Positions 49,278 to 58,915 are shown, counted from the stretch's first letter. The stretch is DNA of 64,000 nucleotides from Candidatus Levybacteria bacterium RIFCSPHIGHO2_02_FULL_40_18 (GCA_001782235.1 MFOC01000007.1:156040-220039), one strand, 5' to 3'. A program made the numbers and translations. Notes: generated by a model not told the origin, from the letters alone.

Positions 49278-49793
49278 TTAGCGAGTCACTGAGATTGTAG
49301 CTCCAAGTTCTGCATCCGGGGCATTAACTGTAATTCTATTGTCGGTTGCGCTCTGAGAAATTGTATATCCTGTGTCATAAGCTGCCGCACATTCGCTCTG
49401 ATCAATAGGGTCACCGTTATTGGTCAGTGGATCAACAGGAAGCGCTGCGATATATTGGGGAACCAAATCATCACAAATGTTCACTCCGGTATCTGCAATT
49501 GCCGATGCTGTTGCCGTTATTCCCAGAGCAGTGAGATTCCCCTGGTTGTCTGCCGCATATTGGCCGACAGCGTTAAGAACTGCGTTAACATCGCTACTTC
49601 TTTTTGTGTTATTTGCTTGAGAGAATTGCCGTGCAGGGTTAATTGCTATAAGCGTGATTGCTAGAAGCACAGCAAGAATACCTATGACGACTAAGAGTTC
49701 GATTAGGGTGAACCCAGCACTATTTTTACAATATTCCACCCAACGACGAAAATGGTGCTGGGTGAATCCTTGAATGCGGCGGGCAGATTTCAT
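49278..49793 (-). CDS. Type IV pilin (prepilin N-terminal cleavage/methylation domain)
   Basis: NSAG|FTLIELLVVIGILAVLLAI. With the ATG start the leader is unusually long (26 aa); an in-frame GTG would give MEYCKNSAG. A 14-bp inverted repeat spans the leader coding region. Confidence 0.75.
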   Translation of the reverse strand: MKSARRIQGFTQHHFRRWVEYCKNSAGFTLIELLVVIGILAVLLAITLIAINPARQFSQANNTKRSSDVNAVLNAVGQYAADNQGNLTALGITATASAIADTGVNICDDLVPQYIAALPVDPLTNNGDPIDQSECAAAYDTGYTISQSATDNRITVNAPDAELGATISVTR

Positions 49794-49841
49794 TACATAC
49801 TAATCATAAGCATATTCCCAAGTACTTGTCAAGAGCCTATA

Positions 49842-50516
49842 CTATCTCCCGGTGAATATAAGGAAAATTAATATTAATAAAAGCAGGCCAAAAATACCCA
49901 ATATGATATAGAGCCTTAAGCTTTTGGGTTTATTTTTGCCTACTTGTGATTCAACTTGAGAGGCTGTTTTCTTTTCATTTCTCTCAAACTCAAAACTTGC
50001 CTCCTTTAAAGAATCAAATTGCTTGATAATGGTCTTTGAAGTCTCTGTAGTTACGGAATTTATTCCCGAAGAAAGTTCGCCAAGAAACTCATACGGCACC
50101 ATTCCCTCAATTGAAAAGCCAAACTCTTCAAAAGAGATCTTAAGCGCATCCAAAAGATTTTTATTTACAGCTATAGCTCTTACTCCTTGTTGGATTGGGA
50201 GAATCTTAGTGCTTATGGACTCAAAGGGAATTATATCCAGAAACTTCTGGACCTCCTGGGCTTGAGTATTTGGATCCTGAACTTGAATATCTTTTTCGAA
50301 TAAGACGTCTGCCAATAGAATAATCATTAAATCTGCCCGAGAAAGTTTGTTTGTTTCAACAAAAGTCTTAATTTGATTCTTTAGCTCTTTGAGGTTGATA
50401 ATCTCTAAAGAAAATACTACGCCTTGCGAAAAGGGGAAATTTAAAATTCGGCCATCGCGATCTTCATAAAAATCAAAGCCGTCTCTTCTAAGAAATATTA
50501 CTCCTTGCGATCTCAT
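49842..50516 (-). CDS. Hypothetical protein with C-terminal TM, embedded in the pilin cluster (pilus assembly accessory?)
   Basis: 224 aa with a single C-terminal TM (LYIILGIFGLLLLILIFLIF). The context between pilin genes suggests a pilus-biogenesis role; no motif confirms it. Confidence 0.3.
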   Translation of the reverse strand: MRSQGVIFLRRDGFDFYEDRDGRILNFPFSQGVVFSLEIINLKELKNQIKTFVETNKLSRADLMIILLADVLFEKDIQVQDPNTQAQEVQKFLDIIPFESISTKILPIQQGVRAIAVNKNLLDALKISFEEFGFSIEGMVPYEFLGELSSGINSVTTETSKTIIKQFDSLKEASFEFERNEKKTASQVESQVGKNKPKSLRLYIILGIFGLLLLILIFLIFTGR

Positions 50517-50529
50517 GTTGTTTTACTCG

Positions 50530-50907
50530 TTACTGTTCCTTCCAAGAGGAAATGGTTAATATATTATCATTATATGATGCTTGCGCTTGAATTGTTCTTT
50601 TAAAATTTCCATTCGTGGCTTGTGATGTAATAATATATGGAGCCCCACCCCCTCCCGATACCTGAATTTCCAAAGTGTAATCTTCCAAACTCAATGTTTC
50701 CCCCGTATAATTCGGGTCTCTTAAGAGTCTTATGATTGCATTTTCAATACCTATTTCTGCGGCATCATAAGAAACCATGCCCTGATATAGCTTACTCGTG
50801 GTCTTGCTGTTTATTATAATTACGGCTACAGCGGCTGTTATAATTATTATGGCTGTTACCATAAAAATCATAAGAGACACAAGAGTTTGCCCACTATTTT
50901 TTTTCAT
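50530..50907 (-). CDS. Pilin-like / pseudopilin (MKKNSG|QTLVSLMIF N-terminus)
   Basis: Short basic leader ending in G followed by a hydrophobic helix; 125 aa. Confidence 0.4.
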   Translation of the reverse strand: MKKNSGQTLVSLMIFMVTAIIIITAAVAVIIINSKTTSKLYQGMVSYDAAEIGIENAIIRLLRDPNYTGETLSLEDYTLEIQVSGGGGAPYIITSQATNGNFKRTIQAQASYNDNILTISSWKEQ

Positions 50908-51440
50908 CTTAATCCTGAAGTTGTTTGAACTGTTCTTGTTTCAGGCCCCGCTTCTCTTTGGGTAACGCTTGTTAGCGTTAAAGAGATAGTTACAGTATTT
51001 TTCCCGCCGACATTCCCAAGTTTCTTAAAGGAAAGGTTTGAGATCCTTGTCCCGAAACTGTTTAAGTTATCGGACCCTTGGCTATTCGTGATTAAAAGAT
51101 TTCCGGCAGAAAGAGAGTATATGTTTGATGTTCCATCAATGATGAGCTCAAGGGAATCGGTAACAGCCGAGGGAGTTGCGGGCACTGCGATATTTTCCGC
51201 ACGATTTATATCATAGATAAGCCGGGCCATAATAAATCGGGAATCTTGCGAAACTTGAGAGTTTGCTTCCGATTCAAGCCGTACCCCGAGAACTGATGTA
51301 AAAATTTGAGTTTGGACCAGGAGAAAAAGCGAGAGAATACCCATATATAGGAGGAGTTCGACAAGTGTAAATCCAGCACCATTTTTTGGTTTTGGAGAAC
51401 ATAGTTCAAGCTTAGATAAAAATGGTGCTGGATAAATCAT
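50904..51440 (-). CDS. Prepilin-type N-terminal domain protein (minor pilin / pseudopilin)
   Basis: KNGAG|FTLVELLLYMGILSLFLLV. 23-aa leader; a perfect 16-bp inverted repeat lies in codons 3-24. Confidence 0.7.
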   Translation of the reverse strand: MIYPAPFLSKLELCSPKPKNGAGFTLVELLLYMGILSLFLLVQTQIFTSVLGVRLESEANSQVSQDSRFIMARLIYDINRAENIAVPATPSAVTDSLELIIDGTSNIYSLSAGNLLITNSQGSDNLNSFGTRISNLSFKKLGNVGGKNTVTISLTLTSVTQREAGPETRTVQTTSGLR

Positions 51441-53452
51441 GGTGAATAGTTGACAGTAACGTCATTTAATACTGGTGCCGCATATACATCGGTGGTAGAA
51501 AAATATGCTTTATACTTAAAGCAGCGTCCTGGATTAACATACCCTTGCGCGTTTGTAAGAAGAGGAATAGCAGACGAGGTTGCAAAGAACGTGTTTGAAG
51601 TTCCGTCCGGCCCCACAAAATAATAAGAGGAATTAGTGCAGCTTCCACCAACATCGGAAGCCACAGCTACTTGAAGCTCCAAATTTGTTCCCAAAGGCTC
51701 AATGAAATTAGGAATAATTCTGTTGTAGGCAACACTTGATCCTGCGTCAAAAGGGCCTGAGACAAAAGTGCCTGAAGTTGTATATTCTCCTCCGGGTCCG
51801 CCTTCAATAACCTTGAGCTCCAAAGGAGCATCCCCGGTGACAATATATGAATAGGCGTCTCCATCTGCTTCAAGAACTGATGCGCTGTCATTAATGCCAA
51901 AGTTCATCTGCATTCCTCCGCATCTGACAGGACTTGCTTCTGTTGAGATATCAATAACCTGATATTCTTCGCCTCCCTGTCCAATAACAACTGCCCGATT
52001 CCCGGGTACAATTTCAACGGCTTTAAGATTAACAGAAGTCCCGGCATTATAAGTGCCTAAATCCGGACAATCACTGCAATTTTTGTTTGTAGTGTTAATT
52101 ATGAAAAATTCGGGCAGTGTGGATGAAGCATCTGTAACAAGATAGGCTCTTGTCGCATCGGAGTTCATGTAAACATCTCTTGCTGCCTCTCCATTTACAT
52201 CTGCCCATCCAACTCGAGTTATGCTGGCCGGGTTTGAGATATTGAAAATCTCAAGTTCTCTTACGTGTCCCGCAATCGAGACAAATGCATAATTTCCCGA
52301 AACCACAACAGACGTTCCGGTCGCAGAGATTGCCGCGCCATCCGGGTCAATTGCGGGACAAGAGCCAGTTCGATTTCCTCCGCTACAGGTGGCAAGATTG
52401 AAATTTCTAAGTCTATTCCCTTGTGTCATATAGCCGGTGTTGCCCACTATAAAAACACTATTTGTGTCGGTATTTCCGAACGCATCAAAGTATCCCGATT
52501 CGGAATATGGAAGGGTAGCCATGTTAATAATAACTATCTCCTTAGAATTCGTGTCTGTTCCTATATATCCATAATTACCTTCTATATAAACATCATTTGT
52601 TTTATAACCGTTAAATGTTCCCGAAATTGTAGCGACAGGTGGATCGGTATTTGTGACGGCAATATCGGCAAGGGATACTCCGGAAGAGTTTTCTCCTGTT
52701 CCTGCCAAGATGCGGCCTTCATATGCCGAGACGGCATTTGCTACTCCACTTTTGGGAAGATCAAGATCTTCGACAATGTACTGATTAGGATTACACCAGT
52801 CACCGCCTCCTCCCGCGCCTAGAGTGACCTCGCCTCCATTGGTGTTTGTAACTATGGTACCCGATAGAGTTCCCGAATTAAAATCGGACTCTGAAGTTTG
52901 CGTAAAAATAGTGTTGTTAAGATAACGAGTTAAATACATGGTCGAGGTGACCCCTGATGGGTATGGAGTATTCCAGGAAACAGTGATAACGCTCTTTTTA
53001 GTTGATGGATCAAGCGTTCCGCTTTCGACAAGATATCCATTAGAATCTCGGTAAGCATCACTTATCGTGATTTGACGCGCGTAGCCGTTAATTGTTTCGC
53101 TTCCTGAGATAAGCTGCCATGAAGGCCCGGATCCTTGAGGATGATAAGTTCCATTTGTTTCAACTTGCGACCAGCTTGTTTCGCGGATTACACGTAAAGC
53201 TTCCTGACCCTCACGCAAAAGCCCCGTTGCCTCAAGTCTCTGCGCATTTTGCGCTTTTCCCTCTCGTGATGCCACAAGCCCTGTTATGAGTCCTGGCAAA
53301 ACAAGCGAGGCAAAGGCCAGAGCCACCAGAAGTTCCACCAATGCCTGTCCATTGTGGCTTCGCCACAATTTTAAAGTTAAAAGTTTAAAGTTAAAAGTTT
53401 TTAAAGAGAAGCTATAATTTTGACTTTTGAATTGTAATTTTGAATTTTGCAT
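51437..53452 (-). CDS. Large (about 640-670 aa) pilin-like protein, candidate minor pilin / tip adhesin
   Basis: HNG|QALVELLVALAFASLVLPGL prepilin-like N-terminus followed by a large beta-rich domain. The true start is probably the in-frame TTG at 53369..53367 (leader MWRSHNG) rather than the track ATG at 53452, which would translate the upstream tandem repeats. Confidence 0.55.
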   Translation of the reverse strand: MQNSKLQFKSQNYSFSLKTFNFKLLTLKLWRSHNGQALVELLVALAFASLVLPGLITGLVASREGKAQNAQRLEATGLLREGQEALRVIRETSWSQVETNGTYHPQGSGPSWQLISGSETINGYARQITISDAYRDSNGYLVESGTLDPSTKKSVITVSWNTPYPSGVTSTMYLTRYLNNTIFTQTSESDFNSGTLSGTIVTNTNGGEVTLGAGGGGDWCNPNQYIVEDLDLPKSGVANAVSAYEGRILAGTGENSSGVSLADIAVTNTDPPVATISGTFNGYKTNDVYIEGNYGYIGTDTNSKEIVIINMATLPYSESGYFDAFGNTDTNSVFIVGNTGYMTQGNRLRNFNLATCSGGNRTGSCPAIDPDGAAISATGTSVVVSGNYAFVSIAGHVRELEIFNISNPASITRVGWADVNGEAARDVYMNSDATRAYLVTDASSTLPEFFIINTTNKNCSDCPDLGTYNAGTSVNLKAVEIVPGNRAVVIGQGGEEYQVIDISTEASPVRCGGMQMNFGINDSASVLEADGDAYSYIVTGDAPLELKVIEGGPGGEYTTSGTFVSGPFDAGSSVAYNRIIPNFIEPLGTNLELQVAVASDVGGSCTNSSYYFVGPDGTSNTFFATSSAIPLLTNAQGYVNPGRCFKYKAYFSTTDVYAAPVLNDVTVNYSP

Positions 53453-53470
53453 TATGAATTTTTAATTTAA
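53370..53470. repeat. Two adjacent 7-nt-periodic tandem repeat arrays (AAAGTTA/AAAGTTT and TTTTGAC/TTTTGAA) between pilin genes
   Basis: ttaaagttaaaagtttaaagttaaaagttttt ... aattttgacttttgaattgtaattttgaattttgcattatgaatttttaattt. Confidence 0.75.
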
Positions 53471-53935
53471 AGAGGTGACTACGCCATATCTATTTATATT
53501 TATGGTTTTTGAGTCCTGAGCAACAGTATCTTCTAAAGTTATAGAATTTTGTGTTTCCGAAAATGAGGTTACTTCCCCACTTTTAATTAAAAAAATAATC
53601 TGAGAGGACGGAAAAGTCGATTGGATTTGTAAATCCTCGTTCAAGTTTATAGTAAAGTTTGAAGGATCGTTTGGATCAAAATTGTCACCATGGAAGAGAG
53701 TGTAAGAATTAGTTCCAAAATAGATTCCATAATTATCGTTTGTAGAACGTCCTTCCGTGTCGCCTGCCATAACTTTAATCTGTTGAGAGGAGAGGTCTGA
53801 AATAAGGGTTGTTATAGCTGTACCTAAAATGGACCCACTTCTAAAAGGCACGAAGCTGATGCTTGCCATGCCAGCAAGCGTCATGAGTATTCCGATAACT
53901 ATGATTACTTCAATAAGAGTGATTCCGCGCTTCAT
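53462..53935 (-). CDS. Type IV pilin (MKRG|ITLIEVIIVIGIL)
   Basis: Canonical short leader and prepilin methylation domain; 157 aa. Confidence 0.7.
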   Translation of the reverse strand: MKRGITLIEVIIVIGILMTLAGMASISFVPFRSGSILGTAITTLISDLSSQQIKVMAGDTEGRSTNDNYGIYFGTNSYTLFHGDNFDPNDPSNFTINLNEDLQIQSTFPSSQIIFLIKSGEVTSFSETQNSITLEDTVAQDSKTININRYGVVTSLN

Positions 53936-54984
53936 CGTGGTCCAACCTGACCAATCAGGCCATAAATTGGCGAAATAATTGCCAACATCATTCCTCCTAC
54001 AATTATGCCCACAACAATCAGCATAATTGGTTCAAGAAGAGAGATTAGAGTCCTAAGAGTTGTTGACACCTGATAATCAAGATATTCCGATACATCCTGC
54101 ATGGATTTGTCTAAGGAACCGCTTTTTTCTCCCGCCTCGGTAATTTTTATCATTATACTCGGGAAAATATTTTTTGCTGCCTTAAGTCCTTCAGATAATT
54201 TATTACCTGATAGAACCATATCGCGAGACCTTATAATTGCCTGTGCTACTTCTTTCTTTAAAACAATCTCCTGTGTTAATTCTAGCGCCGTGGTAATAGG
54301 TATCCCGGCATTAAGAAGAATATAAAGATTTCGTGAAAAACGTGTAAGATCTATCTGCCTCGCAAGACTTCCTACAAGTGGAAAGGAAAAAAGAATGTTT
54401 AGGAACACATGTTTTTGATTTATATACATAAAAATAAATACTATAAGTAAAATTATTCCTCCCAAGACAAGAAAAATGGTTTGTTTAAGAATTAGATCGG
54501 ACAATAAAATCAAGATTTGAGTAGGCAAGGGGAGAGGAACGTTTAGACGCAAAAAAACTGTCGAAATTTTAGGGATAACCACGGTTAGGATCATGAGCAA
54601 AACGCCAATAAATACAAGAAGAATAAAGGCAGGGTAAGTTAATGCAGCCCTTATTTTATCCCTAAATTCTGTTTCCATTCTAATATTTTCTTTTAGATCC
54701 AAAAGAGTTACATCCAGAGTTCCTCCCTCCTCGGCCGCTTTTATAAGATTTACAGTGACTTTGTCAAAAATTTTAGGGAATTTTTCAAAAGAGGCCGAAA
54801 TATGGACGCCTTGCATGAGATCTTCCCGCAATACCTCAAGTAGTTTCTTTTGATTTCCTTTTGAGTCCTCAAGAAGGGAGTCTACGATCTCAAGGATTGA
54901 TAGACCTGCCTCAAGCATTGTTGCGAAGTTGCTAATCAAGCCTAATTTTTCAGAATTGGATATTGAAATAGATTTTATGTTCAT
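53932..54984 (-). CDS. pilC: Type IV pilus assembly platform protein PilC (GspF family)
   Basis: Two T2SSF repeats (…LIKAAEEGGTLD…, …ITEAGEKSGSLD…); three TMs per repeat. Confidence 0.85.
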   Translation of the reverse strand: MNIKSISISNSEKLGLISNFATMLEAGLSILEIVDSLLEDSKGNQKKLLEVLREDLMQGVHISASFEKFPKIFDKVTVNLIKAAEEGGTLDVTLLDLKENIRMETEFRDKIRAALTYPAFILLVFIGVLLMILTVVIPKISTVFLRLNVPLPLPTQILILLSDLILKQTIFLVLGGIILLIVFIFMYINQKHVFLNILFSFPLVGSLARQIDLTRFSRNLYILLNAGIPITTALELTQEIVLKKEVAQAIIRSRDMVLSGNKLSEGLKAAKNIFPSIMIKITEAGEKSGSLDKSMQDVSEYLDYQVSTTLRTLISLLEPIMLIVVGIIVGGMMLAIISPIYGLIGQVGPR

Positions 54985-55015
54985 TTTTTCACCCCGCCAC
55001 GGCGGGGAGAGCCCC

Positions 55016-56713
55016 TCATACTAATTCTACTTTGGTAACTCTTAGGACCTCTTCTATAGTTGTAACGCCTCGTGTTGTCTTGTCTAAGCCATCTTCAAGC
55101 ATTGTAACCATCCCCTCGCTGATTGCTTTTTGCTCAATTACATCAGAGTCGCTTTTCTCGGTAATTAATTTCCTTATGTCTTTTGTAACCTCTAATACTT
55201 CAAATATTCCAATTCTTCCGGAATAACCTGTTGAATGACAAATTTTACAGCCTTGTCCCTTAAAAAATTCAACCTCGATTTTTTCTCCAAAATGTTTAGT
55301 TACCATTTCTTTTGGAAGATTCTTGATTAATTCTGAAGTGGAAATTTTATATGGCGCTTTACACATTTCACAAATTTTTCGAACCAACCTTTGGGCAATA
55401 ATTACATTAACAGTTGATGCGACCAGGAACGGTTCAACGCCCATATCAATTAAGCGGGGAAGGGAAGTGGCCGCATCATTTGTGTGTAATGTAGACAAAA
55501 CTAAATGACCGGTTAGAGCAGCATTTACAGCAATTCCTGCAGTTTCATTGTCGCGAATTTCCCCAACAAAAACAACATTTGGGTCTTGTCTTAAAATAGA
55601 GCGCAGACCATTGGCAAAAGTTAGATTGGTTTTAGGGTTTGCCTGTATTTGATTTACTCCCATGATTCTATATTCAATAGGGTCTTCTATAGTGGTGATG
55701 TTTTTTTCCCTAGTATTTAAGATCTTTAAGATAGCGTAAATAGTGGTAGTTTTTCCCGATCCGGTAGGACCGGTTGATAGGACCATTCCGTATGATTTAT
55801 TGTATGCGGATGTTACTTTCTTGAGTTCCTCCTCATTCATTCCTAGATCAATAAGAGAAAATTGTCTGTATCTTGCGGCAAGAAGTCTTAACACAGCCTT
55901 CTCCCCATCCGTAATTGGCAAAATTGATACTCTAATATCTAGATCCTCCTCTTCAAGCTTAACTCTCATTTTTCCATCCTGCGCACTTAAATGCTCATCG
56001 GTTCGTAGCCTTGAAAGAATTTTTATTCTTGAGATTATTCTGTCATGAAAATTTTTTGGCAAGAGAAGCACGTCATGGAGTATTCCGTCAATTCTGAACC
56101 TGATTAAAGATTCTTTTTCCTGCGGCTCTATATGAATATCTGACGCTTTATCCTGATAGGCAAATTCTATAAGAAGCGTTACGATTTTCTCAATTGGGGC
56201 TTCATCTGATAATTTTGAGGGATCTGTCTCTCCCAGTTCTTTGTGCAATAGCTCTTCAAAGGTAACCTGAAGGGCTTTTTTATAAATTTTTAGAACGCTT
56301 TCGATATCTCTTTCCGTAGCAAGATATGGTATAACCCTAAAACCGGCTTTCTTGCCGATTACATTTTGTAACTCAACATTTGTTGGATCAACCATGGCAA
56401 GTCTTAATCCATCTTGGTCCAATGCAAACGGAATGACTTTATTTCTCCTCGCAGTTTTTTCAGGGATTATATGAAAGATGTTCTCAGGGATTGATAATTT
56501 TGATAAGACTATGAAAGGGATATGGAGAAAATTGGCAATAAGAATTCCTAAATTTTCATCAGAAATTATGTCCTTTTCAATTAAAGCATCATTAAGAGTT
56601 ACTTTAGAATTCTTAGCGAATTCATTAAGTTCCTCAAGCTTTTCTTGCGTAATAACTCCTGTTTTTAAAACTAATGCTTTTAACTCTTCCTCAGAAATCA
56701 GCATGGGCAGCAA
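55016..56713 (-). CDS. pilB: Type IV pilus assembly ATPase PilB (GspE family)
   Basis: Walker A LSTGPTGSGKTTT, Asp box, Walker B, His box, and a tetracysteine motif CEMCKAP...CKICHSTGYSGRIGIFE. Confidence 0.9.
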   Translation of the reverse strand: MLPMLISEEELKALVLKTGVITQEKLEELNEFAKNSKVTLNDALIEKDIISDENLGILIANFLHIPFIVLSKLSIPENIFHIIPEKTARRNKVIPFALDQDGLRLAMVDPTNVELQNVIGKKAGFRVIPYLATERDIESVLKIYKKALQVTFEELLHKELGETDPSKLSDEAPIEKIVTLLIEFAYQDKASDIHIEPQEKESLIRFRIDGILHDVLLLPKNFHDRIISRIKILSRLRTDEHLSAQDGKMRVKLEEEDLDIRVSILPITDGEKAVLRLLAARYRQFSLIDLGMNEEELKKVTSAYNKSYGMVLSTGPTGSGKTTTIYAILKILNTREKNITTIEDPIEYRIMGVNQIQANPKTNLTFANGLRSILRQDPNVVFVGEIRDNETAGIAVNAALTGHLVLSTLHTNDAATSLPRLIDMGVEPFLVASTVNVIIAQRLVRKICEMCKAPYKISTSELIKNLPKEMVTKHFGEKIEVEFFKGQGCKICHSTGYSGRIGIFEVLEVTKDIRKLITEKSDSDVIEQKAISEGMVTMLEDGLDKTTRGVTTIEEVLRVTKVELV

Positions 56714-56808
56714 AAGACAGACGCCTAATTAAACGCCTACATTTATCATACAATAGGTCGAATTTAGATGCTAGATCTTGGATGATAGATATTAGATAAT
56801 AATTAAAA

Positions 56809-57207
56809 GTGAAAAGGTTAATAAATAGTTTCGATAAGTTAAAAGCGTGGCAAGAGGCTCATAAATTAGTAGTTATGATCTATAAGGTAACAACTAGTTT
56901 TCCGAAACATGAAATGTATAGATTAACAGATCAGCTATGTCGATCAGCAAGTTCGATCGCGGCAATTTTGGTTGAGGGTAATTCGCGAGGTTCAAGAAAA
57001 GAGTATATTCATTTCGTTTTCCAAGCAAGAGCATCCTTAGAAGAACTTAAGTATCACCTTCTACTGGCAAAAGACCTAGGTTATTTAGATGAAAGCTTAT
57101 ATAATAAGTTAATGGCACAGGTAGATTTGGTTGGGAAACTAATTAATGGCCTACTTCGATACTTAAAATCTAGTAGAAATGTCCAATATCCAAAATCTAA
57201 TATCTAA
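56809..57207 (+). CDS. Four-helix-bundle protein (TIGR02436; 23S rRNA intervening-sequence protein / DGR Avd-like family), standalone
   Basis: FDKLKAWQEAHKLVVMIYKVTTSFPKHEMYRLTDQLCRSASSIAAILVEGNSRGSRKEYIHFVFQARASLEELKYHLLLAKDLGYL matches the family consensus. Confidence 0.8.
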   Translation: MKRLINSFDKLKAWQEAHKLVVMIYKVTTSFPKHEMYRLTDQLCRSASSIAAILVEGNSRGSRKEYIHFVFQARASLEELKYHLLLAKDLGYLDESLYNKLMAQVDLVGKLINGLLRYLKSSRNVQYPKSNI

Positions 57208-57224
57208 TATCTAATATCAAAATT
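57186..57224. repeat. CTAATAT heptanucleotide tandem repeat between the four-helix-bundle gene and the dehydrogenase gene
   Basis: atatccaaaat ctaatat ctaatat ctaatat caaaatt. Confidence 0.7.
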
Positions 57225-58226
57225 ATGAAGTTTGCGTGTTTTGAACTACAAGACTGGGAAGAGGATTATCTTAAAGAAAAATTCGGAAACACCGTTGACA
57301 TCTCGTTCCATTCGGAGGAATTAAATATTGAGAATGTTCCGGCCGTAAAAGATGCGGATGGAATTGTGGTGTTCATCTATTCGACTATCGATAAACAAGT
57401 TCTTGACCTGATGCCTAATCTGAAATTTATCGCAACTATGTCAACGGGATTTGACCATATTGATATTGAGGAGTGTAAAAGACGAAACATTATCGTATCA
57501 ACTGTTCCGACATACGGAGAGAATACCGTCGCAGAACACGCTTTTGCTCTAATTTTTGCCATATCACGAAGATTGATTGAGTCCCATAATAGAGTTTCCG
57601 AAGGAAATTTCTCACCAACAGGGCTTACGGGGTTCGATCTTTTTGGAAAAACTTTAGGGGTGATTGGGGTTGGAAATATTGGCTCGCATGTTATCCGAAT
57701 CGCCAAAGGGATTGGCATGGATGTTTTAGCTTATAAACGAACGCCGGATCCAAAACTTGCAGCTGATCTTGGGTTCCGTTTTGTATCTATGGACGAGTTG
57801 CTTTCTCAATCAGATATAATTTCAGTTCATGTTCCATACAATAAAGAAACACATCACATGCTAAATAGCGATGCATTTTCTAAAATGAAGGATGGCGTTG
57901 TGATTATAAACACTGCACGAGGGGCAATTATTGATACAACGGCATTAGTTTCAGCGCTTCAAAGCGGAAAAGTTGCGGCCGCAGGACTCGATGTTCTTGA
58001 AGAAGAATCAATTATTCGCGAGGAACATGAGCTTTTGCACAAAGAGTTTCCGATTGAAGATTTAAAAACAGTTCTTGAAAACCACATGCTCTTAAATAAT
58101 CCAAAAGTTGTGATTACTCCCCATAATGCCTTCAACAGCCGTGAGGCCCTGATGCGAATATTGCGGATCACCGAGGAGAACATCAACGGCTTCCTCGCGG
58201 GCCAACCTAAGAATTTGGCCTTCTAA
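57225..58226 (+). CDS. D-isomer-specific 2-hydroxyacid dehydrogenase (D-lactate dehydrogenase-like)
   Basis: NAD-binding GVIGVGNIGSHV; catalytic region VHVPYNKETHHML...INTARGAIIDTTALVSAL...GLDVLEEE. Confidence 0.85.
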   Translation: MKFACFELQDWEEDYLKEKFGNTVDISFHSEELNIENVPAVKDADGIVVFIYSTIDKQVLDLMPNLKFIATMSTGFDHIDIEECKRRNIIVSTVPTYGENTVAEHAFALIFAISRRLIESHNRVSEGNFSPTGLTGFDLFGKTLGVIGVGNIGSHVIRIAKGIGMDVLAYKRTPDPKLAADLGFRFVSMDELLSQSDIISVHVPYNKETHHMLNSDAFSKMKDGVVIINTARGAIIDTTALVSALQSGKVAAAGLDVLEEESIIREEHELLHKEFPIEDLKTVLENHMLLNNPKVVITPHNAFNSREALMRILRITEENINGFLAGQPKNLAF

Positions 58227-58231
58227 CAGAA

Positions 58232-58296
58232 GGGTATCACGAGTATCACGGGGAAGTTTTTGTGCCTAGTCTAATAATTCAGATCATTAGACTTGA
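58232..58296. repeat. GTATCA-heptamer + TAGTCTAAT-palindrome element at the left edge of the GC-rich island
   Basis: gggtatcacgagtatcacgg ... tagtctaataattcagatcattagact. Same family as 36800..36880. Confidence 0.55.
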
Positions 58297-58390
58297 GGTG
58301 AAGATGGAAGCGCTCTGTTTGTGAATTTGTTTCCGAATAAAATCGGAATTCGCCAAAAGGCGAAAGAGCGCTTCCGGATCGACACGGATG

Positions 58391-58915
58391 TTACCTTCTG
58401 ATGCCGTTGATGAGCATTTCGGGCGACGGGTCTTGCCAAGGGCTGTTGTCGAACGCGACAGTTGCGACGTATCCTGCGATGCACAGTACGCAGAACGTGA
58501 CTACCCATGGGTCGGAGTGGAACTTGGTGATGATGAGAATCCCGCTCCAGAGCACAAGGTAGAATAGCACGGCAAACATGGCAGTGTGCCAGATTTGGCT
58601 CGGAAGCCAAGAAATTGCCGCTTCGCGTCCAGGCGCCGATCTTGTCTCGATCGCAATCGAGATGACGAGTCCTACTATGAGTAGTGTGACGTGCCAGTAG
58701 AAGTTGCCTTGAAGCCCAGTAACATCTTTGTCCTGGATTAGTATTGCTGCACCCACACCGTAAAGAGCGAGTAGAATGTCGCCTACCTTGAATGACCACC
58801 AGCGTGTCCAGTAGAAATGCCCTTCCCAGATAACCCTGATGTAGAGGATTGCGCCCCATTGGATCGCGAGCATAAAAAGTCCGGCCTCGACAGGGCTGTT
58901 CCAGATTGGGAGCAT
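58391..58915 (-). CDS. Polytopic (about 5 TM) membrane protein of unknown function, encoded in a ~52% GC island
   Basis: A hydrophobic, sensible 174-aa ORF. The overlapping 277-aa Arg/Cys-rich ORF at 58287..59120 is judged a spurious frame of the same GC-rich DNA. Confidence 0.4.
   Translation of the reverse strand: MLPIWNSPVEAGLFMLAIQWGAILYIRVIWEGHFYWTRWWSFKVGDILLALYGVGAAILIQDKDVTGLQGNFYWHVTLLIVGLVISIAIETRSAPGREAAISWLPSQIWHTAMFAVLFYLVLWSGILIITKFHSDPWVVTFCVLCIAGYVATVAFDNSPWQDPSPEMLINGIRR

Noticed and set aside
53370-53470. Tandem repeat arrays as a CRISPR array
   Set aside because: The repeat units are 7 nt, contiguous and imperfect, with no 25-40-nt repeats separated by unique spacers and no cas genes (only an isolated Cas4-like nuclease 7 kb away). 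Not CRISPR.
56809-57207. Diversity-generating retroelement anchored by the Avd-like four-helix-bundle gene
   Set aside because: No reverse-transcriptase ORF (no YxDD-containing RT) and no template and variable repeat pair within the window. The gene is treated as a standalone IVP/Avd-family protein.
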